This document shows positions 10,014 to 18,877 of a DNA stretch of 64,000 nt, piece after piece (the stretch's first letter is position 1; every line of letters begins with the position of its first letter). The notes below the pieces were generated by a model. That model saw only the letters and a list, made by a program, of their open reading frames with translations, was not told the origin of the DNA and ran no database searches. Position numbers and translations under genes: made by a program. Origin of the DNA: Patescibacteria group bacterium (GTDB lineage: Bacteria; Patescibacteriota; Minisyncoccia; UBA6257; 2-01-FULL-56-20); the NCBI GenBank assembly GCA_028865305.1, contig JAGWKM010000002.1, forward strand, positions 3,236-67,235, in the 5' to 3' direction.

Positions 10014-10409
10014 TCAAAAGCCGGCTTTCTTTTCGAGTTTTTTCACTCGGACTTCCAAATCTATCACGTCCGCCTGGCAATCGACTTCCTTTATATTTTC
10101 GCGGATTTCCTTTAATTCACCTAAAATTTCTATGAACCGATTGTCTGTTGACCTTTCCAGCTTGTCGAATCGTTCACTTAAAATATCAGCCCTTTCTGTC
10201 AAGGCAAGTAAATCCTCCTGTTTTGCCATTTTCCCTTCCATTTCTGAAAAACCATTCTGCGCCATCCGCGCCAGGGACTCTATATCTTCTTTTGTTGAAA
10301 CCTTTTCCGCAAGCGCGTCTACGGTTCCCGTCAAGGTATCTACGGTTCCCACAAGCGTATCCAAACTGCCCGCCAGTGATTCTAATGTAACCTCTTTTTT
10401 ATCGTTCAT
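10014..10409 (-). CDS. Small coiled-coil protein (paralog of 23414-23623)
   Basis: MNDKKEVTLESLA...LARMAQNGF...KKLEKKAGF; TTGACT-N16-TACCAT promoter ending 7 nt before the ATG. Confidence 0.75.
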   Translation of the reverse strand: MNDKKEVTLESLAGSLDTLVGTVDTLTGTVDALAEKVSTKEDIESLARMAQNGFSEMEGKMAKQEDLLALTERADILSERFDKLERSTDNRFIEILGELKEIRENIKEVDCQADVIDLEVRVKKLEKKAGF

Positions 10410-10542
10410 AATTCCAATGGTATTAAAAAAGATTTCGAAGTCAAACTTCATTTAATGAAAATTTAATGATTACATAATACCTGATTATCTTGTCCGATTC
10501 CGCCAACTCACAAAACAGGAATCTATGCTAAAATGGCTACAT

Positions 10543-10833
10543 ATGGCTGATTCCGGTAACCAAAACCAAACCGAGAATTTCCCTTCCGCGCCGCCGCCGC
10601 CGCAGGAAGTGAAGATCCGCACCATGAAATCAGATCTTGCTTCGCTGGCACAGACCGGCGGCGGCTTGCCGCAGTTCCAAAGCGTGCGGATTGATTTGCC
10701 ACGGGAGAGAAGTGAGAAGTTAGATGCGAGAGGCGAGAAGAAAATCAACGCCGGCATAGCGGTCGTCATCGTGGCAATCGTCGTCGTCCTCGCTGTGGCC
10801 GCCTATTTCGCCTTGGTTTATTTGAAAAAGTGA
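10543..10833 (+). CDS. Small C-terminally anchored membrane protein
   Basis: Pro-rich N-terminus, IRTMKSD motif, single C-terminal TM helix. Confidence 0.7.
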   Translation: MADSGNQNQTENFPSAPPPPQEVKIRTMKSDLASLAQTGGGLPQFQSVRIDLPRERSEKLDARGEKKINAGIAVVIVAIVVVLAVAAYFALVYLKK

Positions 10834-10917
10834 AGGAATTAATTCGAATAAAAAGAGGCCTCCGCGGCCTCAATGTTTTATTCAACAGCTTTCCGGATAT
10901 GTTTTCCGATTGCGTTC

Positions 10918-11070
10918 AACTCCGCGGCGAAGGAATCGAACTCGATGCAGGTAAAATGCGATTTGCAGAGCGTCGATTTGAGGGAGAGACGGACGGTGGC
11001 AAACTCGAGATCAGATTTTTCGAGGTTTTTAGACGGTAAGCCTTTTTTGAGAGACGGACGGTTGGCAAAC
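10918..11070 (+). repeat. Cassette-upstream spacer with two L sites (GAGAGACGGACGGTTGGCAAAC)
   Basis: About 80% identical by eye to 12540-12691 over ~150 bp. Confidence 0.9.
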
Positions 11071-11092
11071 CCTAAAATGATAAAATGAAGAT

Positions 11093-11845
11093 ATGAACCA
11101 AAGAGGTTTTGCGCCAATTATTATTCTGCTAATCGGGGTGGGCGTTTTGGTTGCCGGTGGTATCGGCTACTACGCTATCCGTAATAGCATGATTCAATCC
11201 GAAACATCCCAAACAACTATAACTTGGCTCCAGCAACCTTATGAGGTCACGTTATTTCCGGGCACGGTAAAAGCGGTTGATCTGCATTTCATTGCAAGCC
11301 ACAACCTCTCGGCACCATCGCTTTACATATCACCTTCCTTGTCTCGATATTTAACCTTCGCCAATATCGGTTCTGGTACGCTTTTCGGAAATGAGCAAGC
11401 GACGCTACACGCGCGGTTTACAATTCCGGATTCGATACCGTCTGGTACTTATAGCGGAGTAGTTCAAATAAAAAATGGAGGTAACGATATTGAACAACCA
11501 TTGACAGCAACCATCCACGTCGAAATCCCATCAAATCAAATTATCCCACAAGAAACTGCTTCTCCCTCTCCAGACCGCATCATGACTACGGCCGGAGGGG
11601 CAACTATAGTGAAAGATGAAATTGATGTAATGCTTGCAGATGATACGTCGAATCCCGACGAAACGATAAGAGCAATAGCAACTGCAACAAACGGTCTTAT
11701 TATCGGCTCTGTCCCCGACGGGCTTACTTATCAGCTAAAATATAAAGTTTCGAACATAAACGATCTTCAGCAAATTCAAGCCAAAATAAAAAAGATGCCA
11801 CACGTAGAGGACGCTGTATTTTCTGTATTTGGCGGATTAAACTAA
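11093..11845 (+). CDS. Pilin-like (class III signal-like) surface protein, cassette 1
   Basis: MNQRG|FAPIIILLIGVGVLVAGGIGYY; ~87% aa identical to 54576-55328; AT-rich. Confidence 0.85.
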   Translation: MNQRGFAPIIILLIGVGVLVAGGIGYYAIRNSMIQSETSQTTITWLQQPYEVTLFPGTVKAVDLHFIASHNLSAPSLYISPSLSRYLTFANIGSGTLFGNEQATLHARFTIPDSIPSGTYSGVVQIKNGGNDIEQPLTATIHVEIPSNQIIPQETASPSPDRIMTTAGGATIVKDEIDVMLADDTSNPDETIRAIATATNGLIIGSVPDGLTYQLKYKVSNINDLQQIQAKIKKMPHVEDAVFSVFGGLN

Positions 11846-11872
11846 GCTCAAATTAAAACTGTTTAAGATAAA

Positions 11873-11923
11873 ATATTCGTAAATCCCTCTCACCAGAGTT
11901 TACCAGTTGCCCCGATTGACTCC
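11873..11923 (+). repeat. R site (ATATTCGTAAATCCC..ACCAGAGTTTRCCAGTTGYCC...ACTCC)
   Basis: Also at 12495-12545, 13538-13581 and 55356-55406. Confidence 0.9.
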
Positions 11924-11986
11924 ACCGACACGGTTTCGAACTCTCGGAAATGAGAGTTTATTCTGCATTTATCTGAACATTCTACT

Positions 11987-12493
11987 ATGGATATTTTTGC
12001 TCATGCGCTTTATACAAATGCGATTTACAAAAGTGCGCAGAAACGCAAGCGCACATGGCGCGAGATAGTGGAGATAGTTTTCTGGGGCGATTTTCCCGAT
12101 CTGGTAACCTTCGCCATCTTTGGCGTTTACTGGTATTTCAAGAACAGTCTTGTTTATGTTCCGGGAAGTGAATATCTTGTACCGCCCTATTTAGAATTTC
12201 TCCTTCCAACTCTTTATAGCATTCCTCTTTTCCTTTTAATCTTTTCCGTCCTTTGGCTGATTCGAGGAAAACCTTACTGGCCGGTCGGTGGTTGGGGCAT
12301 TCACATCGTCATTGACGTATTCACGCACAGTGGTTTTTATCCACCCCAATTCTTATGGCCATTTTCCGATTATCATTTCAGCGGCATCGCTTGGGATACG
12401 CCATGGTTCTGGTTTGTAACTTACACTTTACTCGTTATAGTTTACAGTTATTGGTATTTTGAAATCAGAAAGCAAGAGCGGGATGCAAAATGA
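11987..12493 (+). CDS. Membrane-bound metal-dependent hydrolase (YdjM-like), cassette 2
   Basis: MDIFAH..., FPDL, HIVIDVFTH, FLWPFS pattern; multiple TM helices. Confidence 0.7.
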   Translation: MDIFAHALYTNAIYKSAQKRKRTWREIVEIVFWGDFPDLVTFAIFGVYWYFKNSLVYVPGSEYLVPPYLEFLLPTLYSIPLFLLIFSVLWLIRGKPYWPVGGWGIHIVIDVFTHSGFYPPQFLWPFSDYHFSGIAWDTPWFWFVTYTLLVIVYSYWYFEIRKQERDAK

Positions 12494-12494
12494 G

Positions 12495-12693
12495 ATATTC
12501 GTAAATCCCCCTTACCAGAGTTTGCCAGTTGTCCGGAAGAACTCCGTGACGAAGGAATCGAACCCGATGAATGAGAAATGCGACTTGCAGAGCGTTGTTT
12601 CGGGAGAGAGATGGACGTTGGCAAACTCGAGATCAGATTTTCCGATGCTTTTGGACGGTAATTCCTTTTGAGAGACGAATGGTTGGCAAACTC
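12495..12693 (+). repeat. Complete inter-cassette element R+L+L
   Basis: R site, then the spacer shared with 10918-11070; GAGTTTGCCA (12518) and TGGCAAACTC (12619, 12684) are inverted. Confidence 0.9.
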
Positions 12694-12715
12694 TTGTGTT
12701 TGATATAATTAAGTT

Positions 12716-13540
12716 ATGAATCGAAAAGGGTCTGTGTTGATTCTTGTCCTGGTCATCGTGTTAGTCCTATTAGCAATCGGAGGCTATTGGTATTATGGGA
12801 TGCGCAAAATCCCATTGCCTCCGACCACGGCAAATACTTCGCAAACACCACCCATACAGAGTTCATCCATTTCAAGCGTGGATCCTAATGCCGCAAAACA
12901 AGCAGCTACCGTGGTTTTGGCCCAAATTTCCCAATATCCATTTCTTTCTCTTGTTCCAATAAATCGGACCATTAGTTCTTATACCCCCACGAGTTCGCAT
13001 GAATTCACCTACGAAGGAATATCTTTGAAATTGCCATGGTCGGGTACTCCCAAGATACAAACTTTATCAGGAGTTGGCACACAGATAAAATTCCCGAACA
13101 ATGAATTCGTGATGCTTCCAAATCCGTATCCTGACCCACTCCATCGGCAAACATTTCTGGATTCAATAAAGACAAACGAAGATAGGGAAAAATTTAACTA
13201 CTTATTCGGGGAGGAAAATTTAAACTCCAATTCTGCATTTTTCAATTTGGTGTTGAACAGTAGCCCCACAACACTTTCTTCCACAACCTCATCACCTAAG
13301 GAACTTTTAGCCCAATCAATGCTTCTCCCCATAAAACTGACTATGTTCTTTGATTCCAGCACCCAATCTATCTACCAATTTTCGACACCGGATTTCAAAG
13401 TATTTGAATTTACCGATCTACCAGCAAAGAATCAGTCATTTATTTACCTTTACGACGCAAGAGATAACGGAAGATTAATTACTACTTCTGCGAATCAGAA
13501 CGAAATTGATTTCATTTTGTCTTCAATAAAGGAACAATAA
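12716..13540 (+). CDS. Pilin-like surface protein, cassette 3
   Basis: MNRKG|SVLILVLVIVLVLLAIGGYWYY, then a P/T/S-rich linker; AT-rich. Confidence 0.85.
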   Translation: MNRKGSVLILVLVIVLVLLAIGGYWYYGMRKIPLPPTTANTSQTPPIQSSSISSVDPNAAKQAATVVLAQISQYPFLSLVPINRTISSYTPTSSHEFTYEGISLKLPWSGTPKIQTLSGVGTQIKFPNNEFVMLPNPYPDPLHRQTFLDSIKTNEDREKFNYLFGEENLNSNSAFFNLVLNSSPTTLSSTTSSPKELLAQSMLLPIKLTMFFDSSTQSIYQFSTPDFKVFEFTDLPAKNQSFIYLYDARDNGRLITTSANQNEIDFILSSIKEQ

Positions 13541-13581
13541 ATCCCCTTGACCAGAGTTTGCCAGTTGTCCAGAAAAACTCC
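13538..13581 (+). repeat. Terminal R site of the array
   Basis: TAAATCCCCTTGACCAGAGTTTGCCAGTTGTCCAGAAAAACTCC. Confidence 0.9.
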
Positions 13582-13674
13582 ACTTCTTCGCTAGCTAGAG
13601 GCTCTTCCGCGCCCGAAAAGCGGGCAAGGAACAATAAACGCAGTCAGTATTCATGGCTAGAAGTAGAGTAGCAG

Positions 13675-13887
13675 AAAATTAGACCGCGCGCAAATCGATC
13701 GACGGCCAAAAACGGCAATATGTTTTGCGGGGCTCTCGGAAGCGGTTTGGCACGGTCCGGCCGTTCACTCACGGCCGGCAAACCGCTGAGAGCGATTGCG
13801 CGCCGTCGCTGGACGGCGCGACAATGTACCCGCAAAAGCATATTGCCGTTTTTGGCCATTCCCAATCTGATTTGCGCGCGGAATTTT
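13675..13887 (-). ncRNA. Candidate structured RNA/hairpin element, copy 1 (recA 3' end)
   Basis: Long duplex closing a 3-way junction; core covaries with 56657-56881. Confidence 0.7.
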
Positions 13888-14989
13888 ATTCCTCCTCTTT
13901 TCCGGCCGCTTTCTCCGGCGATTCGCCCCTCTCCACCATCTCCACCACTTTCTTTCTGATATCGTTCAGCAACTTTCTGTCTTCCTTCAGCTTTGCCCGC
14001 GTATTCTCATACCCCGCACCCAGCCGTTCGCCTTCAAACGAGTAGCTCGCGCCCGATTTTTTAACCACGCCGTAATTCACCGCCGTGTTCAACACGTCGC
14101 CTTCGTATGAAATCCCCTCGCCGAACAGAATATCGAACTCCGCCGAACGGAACGGCGGCGCCACCTTATTTTTCACCACCTTCGCCTTCACGCGGTTCCC
14201 CACCACATTCTCCCCTTTCTTCACCTGCGCGATACGGCGGATATCAATACGGACCGAGGCCGCAAACGGCAAGGCCCGTCCGCCGGGAGTCGTTTCCGGA
14301 TTCCCGAACATTATGCCGATCTTCATGCGGATCTGGTTGATGAAAATGATCAGGGTCTGCGTCTGTGCCGCTATTGCCGTGAGTTTCCGCAACGCCTGTC
14401 CCATCATCCGCGCCTGGCGCCCAACGTGCTGCTCGCCCATTTCGCCCTCAAGTTCCGCGCGGGGCGTGAGCGCCGCCACCGAATCGACAACCACCACCGA
14501 AATCATCCCCGACCGAACCAAGCTTTCCAATATATTCAACCCTTCCTCGCCGCTGTCCGGCTGGGAAATCAGCAATTCATTCACCTTCACGCCCAATTTT
14601 GCCGCGTACTCCGGATCCATGGCGTGCTCTGCGTCGATATAGGCCGCTTTGCCGCCCTGTTTTTGGGCCTGCGCTACCACGTTCAACGCGAGCGTCGATT
14701 TGCCGCTTGATTCAGGCCCGTAAATCTCCACAATCCGCCCGCGCGGCATGCCGCCGACGCCAAGCGCCAGGTCCAGCGAAAACGAACCGCTCGGAATGAC
14801 CGCCACGTCCGTGTGCCGCACCTCCCCAAGCCGCATGATCGCACCTTCGCCGAACTTATCCTGAAGTGAAGTGAGTAGCTGCTCAAACTGCTTATCCTGC
14901 TTATCTTGCTTCCCCTGCTCCTTGTTTTTCGCGTTTTGCGCCTTGATTTCCGCCTCCGCCGTCCCGCCAACTTTTTTTTCTTTAGCCAT
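13886..14989 (-). CDS. recA: Recombinase RecA
   Basis: [36 protein letters not shown]. Confidence 0.99.
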   Translation of the reverse strand: MAKEKKVGGTAEAEIKAQNAKNKEQGKQDKQDKQFEQLLTSLQDKFGEGAIMRLGEVRHTDVAVIPSGSFSLDLALGVGGMPRGRIVEIYGPESSGKSTLALNVVAQAQKQGGKAAYIDAEHAMDPEYAAKLGVKVNELLISQPDSGEEGLNILESLVRSGMISVVVVDSVAALTPRAELEGEMGEQHVGRQARMMGQALRKLTAIAAQTQTLIIFINQIRMKIGIMFGNPETTPGGRALPFAASVRIDIRRIAQVKKGENVVGNRVKAKVVKNKVAPPFRSAEFDILFGEGISYEGDVLNTAVNYGVVKKSGASYSFEGERLGAGYENTRAKLKEDRKLLNDIRKKVVEMVERGESPEKAAGKEEE

Positions 14990-15117
14990 GGTTTTTTATG
15001 ATTTATTTTTATACACCCGCATTATACCAAACCCGACATTAAATTATTTTTAAAAATTTTTTTATTTTGCGACCCGTGCTTCTTTGGGGGCCGATCGGGC
15101 ACTTCAACATCCAATGC

Positions 15118-15852
15118 TCAATAGTTTACGGGAGACGACGTGCTGGTTGAAGCATTTATCGTCCCAGGAAAACTCGATGAAGGAGCGCCAGTAGCAGACG
15201 AAGACGGGGAAGCGGCAGCCGGTGCTTGATAGATAATTTGTTCGGTGATATCCGTCTGGCCGCCCAGGAATTTGCGTGCGACGAGATCGAATGTGTTCAT
15301 GCCGTTTTGCAATAAGACGCTTTTTTGCCAGGTATGATCGCTTACATTGATGGTCACCGGGTCGCCGTTCAGGTAGAGGGCGTCGGCATTTTTCACGGTA
15401 CCTTCAAGCGTGACCATGCTCGAGGAGGCCGCGTAAGGATTTTGCGGAGGAAAAGTGATGGCAATAGCCGGTTTTCCCATGGAACGCGGGATCTGAACCG
15501 CGGCATAAATAAAAACCAGGACGGCGACGGCGCCGAGCATGATGAATTTCGCGGGGGATTTTTTCACGAAACGGTTGCGCGGCAAGGCATCGGCGGGACC
15601 GGAATTCTTCACAATCTGCTCCTTTTTTACCTCTTCCCACCACTCTTCCGCATCAAAATCAAGGACTTTCGAAAGCCGCACCAAATAGCCGTGGAAATAC
15701 GGCGCGGAAGGCATGCTCTCGAAATCACCGCGAGCCATGTTTTCGAGGTGCGCCTGCGAAATGCCCGTGAGATCGGCAAGTTTTTTAAGTGAAAGCCCCT
15801 TCTCCTTCACCCGCTCGCGAAAGAAGGTTTCGAAATTGAGTTGGTCGTCCAT
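15118..15852 (-). CDS. HTH + TM + Ig-like protein (RodZ-like)
   Basis: XRE-type HTH (SLKKLADLTGISQAHLENM...YFHGYL), one TM helix, C-terminal LQNGMNTF Ig-like domain; start uncertain (15852 or 15909). Confidence 0.75.
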   Translation of the reverse strand: MDDQLNFETFFRERVKEKGLSLKKLADLTGISQAHLENMARGDFESMPSAPYFHGYLVRLSKVLDFDAEEWWEEVKKEQIVKNSGPADALPRNRFVKKSPAKFIMLGAVAVLVFIYAAVQIPRSMGKPAIAITFPPQNPYAASSSMVTLEGTVKNADALYLNGDPVTINVSDHTWQKSVLLQNGMNTFDLVARKFLGGQTDITEQIIYQAPAAASPSSSATGAPSSSFPGTINASTSTSSPVNY

Positions 15853-16013
15853 GAAGTCAGCGGCAGGGAGCAAGCGACGGGGAACAAGAATATCATTCCG
15901 AGTCCGCAAGGAATCCTTGCTGCATTTCCCGCCTTCTATTTTACATTTAAAAACGAAATTTGCGCAGAGTTGACAAAAATAATTTGTGTGTTAATTTTTA
16001 TCGAGGAGGCTCT

Positions 16014-16217
16014 ATGCTCTTTTTGAAGTGTCTTTGGTCTTGGCTCATTGGAAACGGATGGATTCATATTTGCCCTAAATGCAAACTGAGGCGCATGGCA
16101 ATCCAGACGCGGGAATGGGAGGAACCGTATGGCGGGGGACACGATGGTATGCACGGCGTTTTCCATGGCGAATTATATTATCACTGTTCCAACTGCAACC
16201 ATGAAATAAAGTATTAG
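16014..16217 (+). CDS. Small zinc-ribbon protein
   Basis: GAGGAGG RBS, CPKC...CSNC, upstream TTGACA, downstream terminator. Confidence 0.65.
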   Translation: MLFLKCLWSWLIGNGWIHICPKCKLRRMAIQTREWEEPYGGGHDGMHGVFHGELYYHCSNCNHEIKY

Positions 16218-16639
16218 TGATGTATTTGCTCCCGCCCGCCACGCAAATGCCCGGCGGGATTTTTTATCTTCAAACAAAAGAACCCATTGCTGGGCCTTTT
16301 GCGAATTTGAGCACGGCTACAACTCCGGTTCGACACCTATGTTTAGCAGTATAGGCGCAGAAAAAAAACTGTCAAGCCCGAAAAAAACGGATTTCAGGTG
16401 CGTGCGAATATGAACAGGTTGCATGGACACATACACATTCCCAAAAAACTTCCGGCAAATTGACAGCAATAAATTAAATTTTTATGCAAACATATTAAAG
16501 CACTAACGGAAATATGTAAGATCAAAAGAACCACTGATACAATGGTTTTGCGGTGGGTTCCGCACGGTTGCAAACCCTGGTTCGACACCTAGGGTTTGAG
16601 GGGTTCAACTCCCCCGGGATCCACCGCCCGGCGGGGAAA

Positions 16640-18805
16640 TTACGACAGCCGCGCCTCTATCTTCTCCACATTCACGTCTCTCGGCTTCGCGCCTTCGCCG
16701 GGGCCGATGAATTCCTGCGATTCCATGATGTCGAGCAACCGGGCGGCGCGGGCGTAGCCGACTTTCAAACGGCGCTGGAGCAACGACGCCGAAGCTTTCT
16801 TCGCTTCCAAAACCACGGCAAGCGCCTCCTCAAGCAGGTCGTCATCATCGCCGTTCGGCTCATTATTTAAGAAATCCTCAAAGTTCTGCGGGCCGCTTTG
16901 CTGGTTGCCCGTTGCCGGCGGCTGGTTGCCGGCTCCGCCGAAATCAACTTTCTCCTCTTTTGCGGCCTCAATTTCCTCTTTATTATTTTCCCGGATGAAA
17001 TCCGTAACTTTCTTGATTTCCTCCTCGGTGATGAACGCGCCCTGGATGCGCTTCGGCTTCGAAAGCTCGGCGGAAAGGAACAGCAAATCGCCATGGCCGA
17101 GCAGTTTTTCGGCGCCGGGCGTATCTAAAATGGTGCGCGAATCGATCTGGCTTGCAACCTGCAAGGCGACGCGCGCCGGAATATTCGCTTTGATCAGGCC
17201 GGTGATAACTTCAACGGACGGGCGCTGGGTGGCAAGCAGCAGATGAATGCCGGTCGCGCGCGCCATCTGCGCCAGGCGGACAATCGAACCTTCGACTTCG
17301 CGGCCGAATGAGGACATCAAATCCGCCAACTCATCAATGGCGATCACGATAAACGGCAGCGGCTCGTTCCCGTGCGATGCGTTGTAGCTCTTAATGTCGC
17401 GGCTGCCGGCCTTCTGGAGTAATTCATACCGCCGCTCCATTTCGGAAATCGCCCAGCGGAACACGCCGGCGGCCTTTTTGTTTTCCGTGATGACCGGGCT
17501 CGCGAGATGCGGGATGCCGTCGTAAATGGAAAGTTCGACGCGCTTCGGATCGATCAGGATGAGCTTCAGCGTTTGCGGCGAATTCTTATAAAGGAGCGAC
17601 GTCAGGACCGAATGGACCAAAATCGATTTTCCGGAACCAGTCGCGCCTGCAACCAGCATATGCGGCATTTTCTCGATGCTCGCGAATACCGGCTCGCCGG
17701 AAACATCGCGGCCGAGGACAAATCCGAGCGGCCCGGATTTCTGGAAATCCGGATAGTTCATTAAACTGCCAAGCCGGACGAGCGCCGCCGCCTTGTTTGG
17801 CACTTCAATACCGACGAGCGATTTTCCGGGAATCGGCGCCTCGATGCGGATCGGATGCGCCGCGAGCGAAAGCGCGAGGTCGGGATTCAGCGCCGTGATG
17901 CGGGAAAGCTTTACCCCTTCCGCCGGTTTCAGGGTATAGCGCGTGACCGCCGGGCCGACATTGATCTCGCCCATCTCAACCGCGATGCCAAAGCTCTCGA
18001 GGGTACGCTTGATGATGTTCGCGTTCGCCAAAAGATCGCCGGTCGTCGGTTTCGAGCTCTCGGTCAATAAAAGTGAGAGGGGCGGCGGCGTATAGTCCGC
18101 GAAGGTCGCCGGCTTCAATTTCTTCGTCGGCCGGGCTTCAAAATCCGGCTCTGCGACATCCACTTCCTGCAATGGCCCTTTTTGCGGTTCCCTGCCTTTG
18201 TCGTCCCCTTTTTGCTTTTTGCTTATTGCTTTTTGCTGCCCCTCGTCCTCCTCTGCGCCCACCGCCTCGAACTCCTCTTTTTCCCCGTCGTCTTCTCCGC
18301 TTGGCCACTTGAACTTCAATGGCACATTCGCTGTGACGAGGACCGCAATCACCAAAACGAAACCGTTGATTATGATCGCAGCAATATTCCCAAAAGGCAC
18401 CCGCAAGGAACCGAGAACAAGCCCGAGCCAGCCGCCCTTGCCGGGCTTTGCGAGCTCAATCAAGGCCAAAACCGAAAGGATGAGCAGTCCGCCGCCAAGG
18501 AGCGTCATGCCCACAAACCGGCGTCGTTCGGCAAAAACGAAAACCACAGCCGCAAAAACGAGTGTTACCGGCAGGATGAAATAACCCCAGCCGAGCAGCG
18601 CATCAAGGCCCTGATAAATCAATGCTCCCGCCGGGCCGGCCTGCTCGAATCCCGCAAGCGCCAAAACCACCGCCACGCAGAAAAATACGATCGCCCAAAC
18701 GCTTTTTTTGGTGTCCGGATGCAGCCGCGGTTCGGATTGCTTCGCAACCGGCGCGGGAGCCATCCTCCCGCTCCCTTTTTTCTTTCCATTGCCGTTCCTG
18801 CTCAT
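16640..18805 (-). CDS. ftsK: DNA translocase FtsK
   Basis: N-terminal TMs, HMLVAGATGSGKS, LATQRPS, gamma domain SASLLQRRLKVGYARAARL. Confidence 0.98.
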   Translation of the reverse strand: MSRNGNGKKKGSGRMAPAPVAKQSEPRLHPDTKKSVWAIVFFCVAVVLALAGFEQAGPAGALIYQGLDALLGWGYFILPVTLVFAAVVFVFAERRRFVGMTLLGGGLLILSVLALIELAKPGKGGWLGLVLGSLRVPFGNIAAIIINGFVLVIAVLVTANVPLKFKWPSGEDDGEKEEFEAVGAEEDEGQQKAISKKQKGDDKGREPQKGPLQEVDVAEPDFEARPTKKLKPATFADYTPPPLSLLLTESSKPTTGDLLANANIIKRTLESFGIAVEMGEINVGPAVTRYTLKPAEGVKLSRITALNPDLALSLAAHPIRIEAPIPGKSLVGIEVPNKAAALVRLGSLMNYPDFQKSGPLGFVLGRDVSGEPVFASIEKMPHMLVAGATGSGKSILVHSVLTSLLYKNSPQTLKLILIDPKRVELSIYDGIPHLASPVITENKKAAGVFRWAISEMERRYELLQKAGSRDIKSYNASHGNEPLPFIVIAIDELADLMSSFGREVEGSIVRLAQMARATGIHLLLATQRPSVEVITGLIKANIPARVALQVASQIDSRTILDTPGAEKLLGHGDLLFLSAELSKPKRIQGAFITEEEIKKVTDFIRENNKEEIEAAKEEKVDFGGAGNQPPATGNQQSGPQNFEDFLNNEPNGDDDDLLEEALAVVLEAKKASASLLQRRLKVGYARAARLLDIMESQEFIGPGEGAKPRDVNVEKIEARLS

Positions 18806-18877
18806 AATAGCTTCATTTTAACACGGAAATAATTATCCAAAAGGCACAAATCAATATCTTTCTGTTAAAATTAAATC

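Noticed and set aside
10830..11117. Short ORFs 10830-11039, 10873-11088, 10878-11117 and 12459-12671
   Set aside because: They overlie the repeated spacer; the frames are not preserved with common starts and stops between copies
10918..13581. CRISPR array
   Set aside because: The repeats are separated by whole genes or by conserved spacers, not unique 30-40-nt spacers, and no cas genes are present
13675..13887. Hammerhead ribozyme or simple terminator interpretation of the recA 3' element
   Set aside because: No CUGANGA/GAAA core is visible, and the structure is far larger and more conserved than a terminator requires
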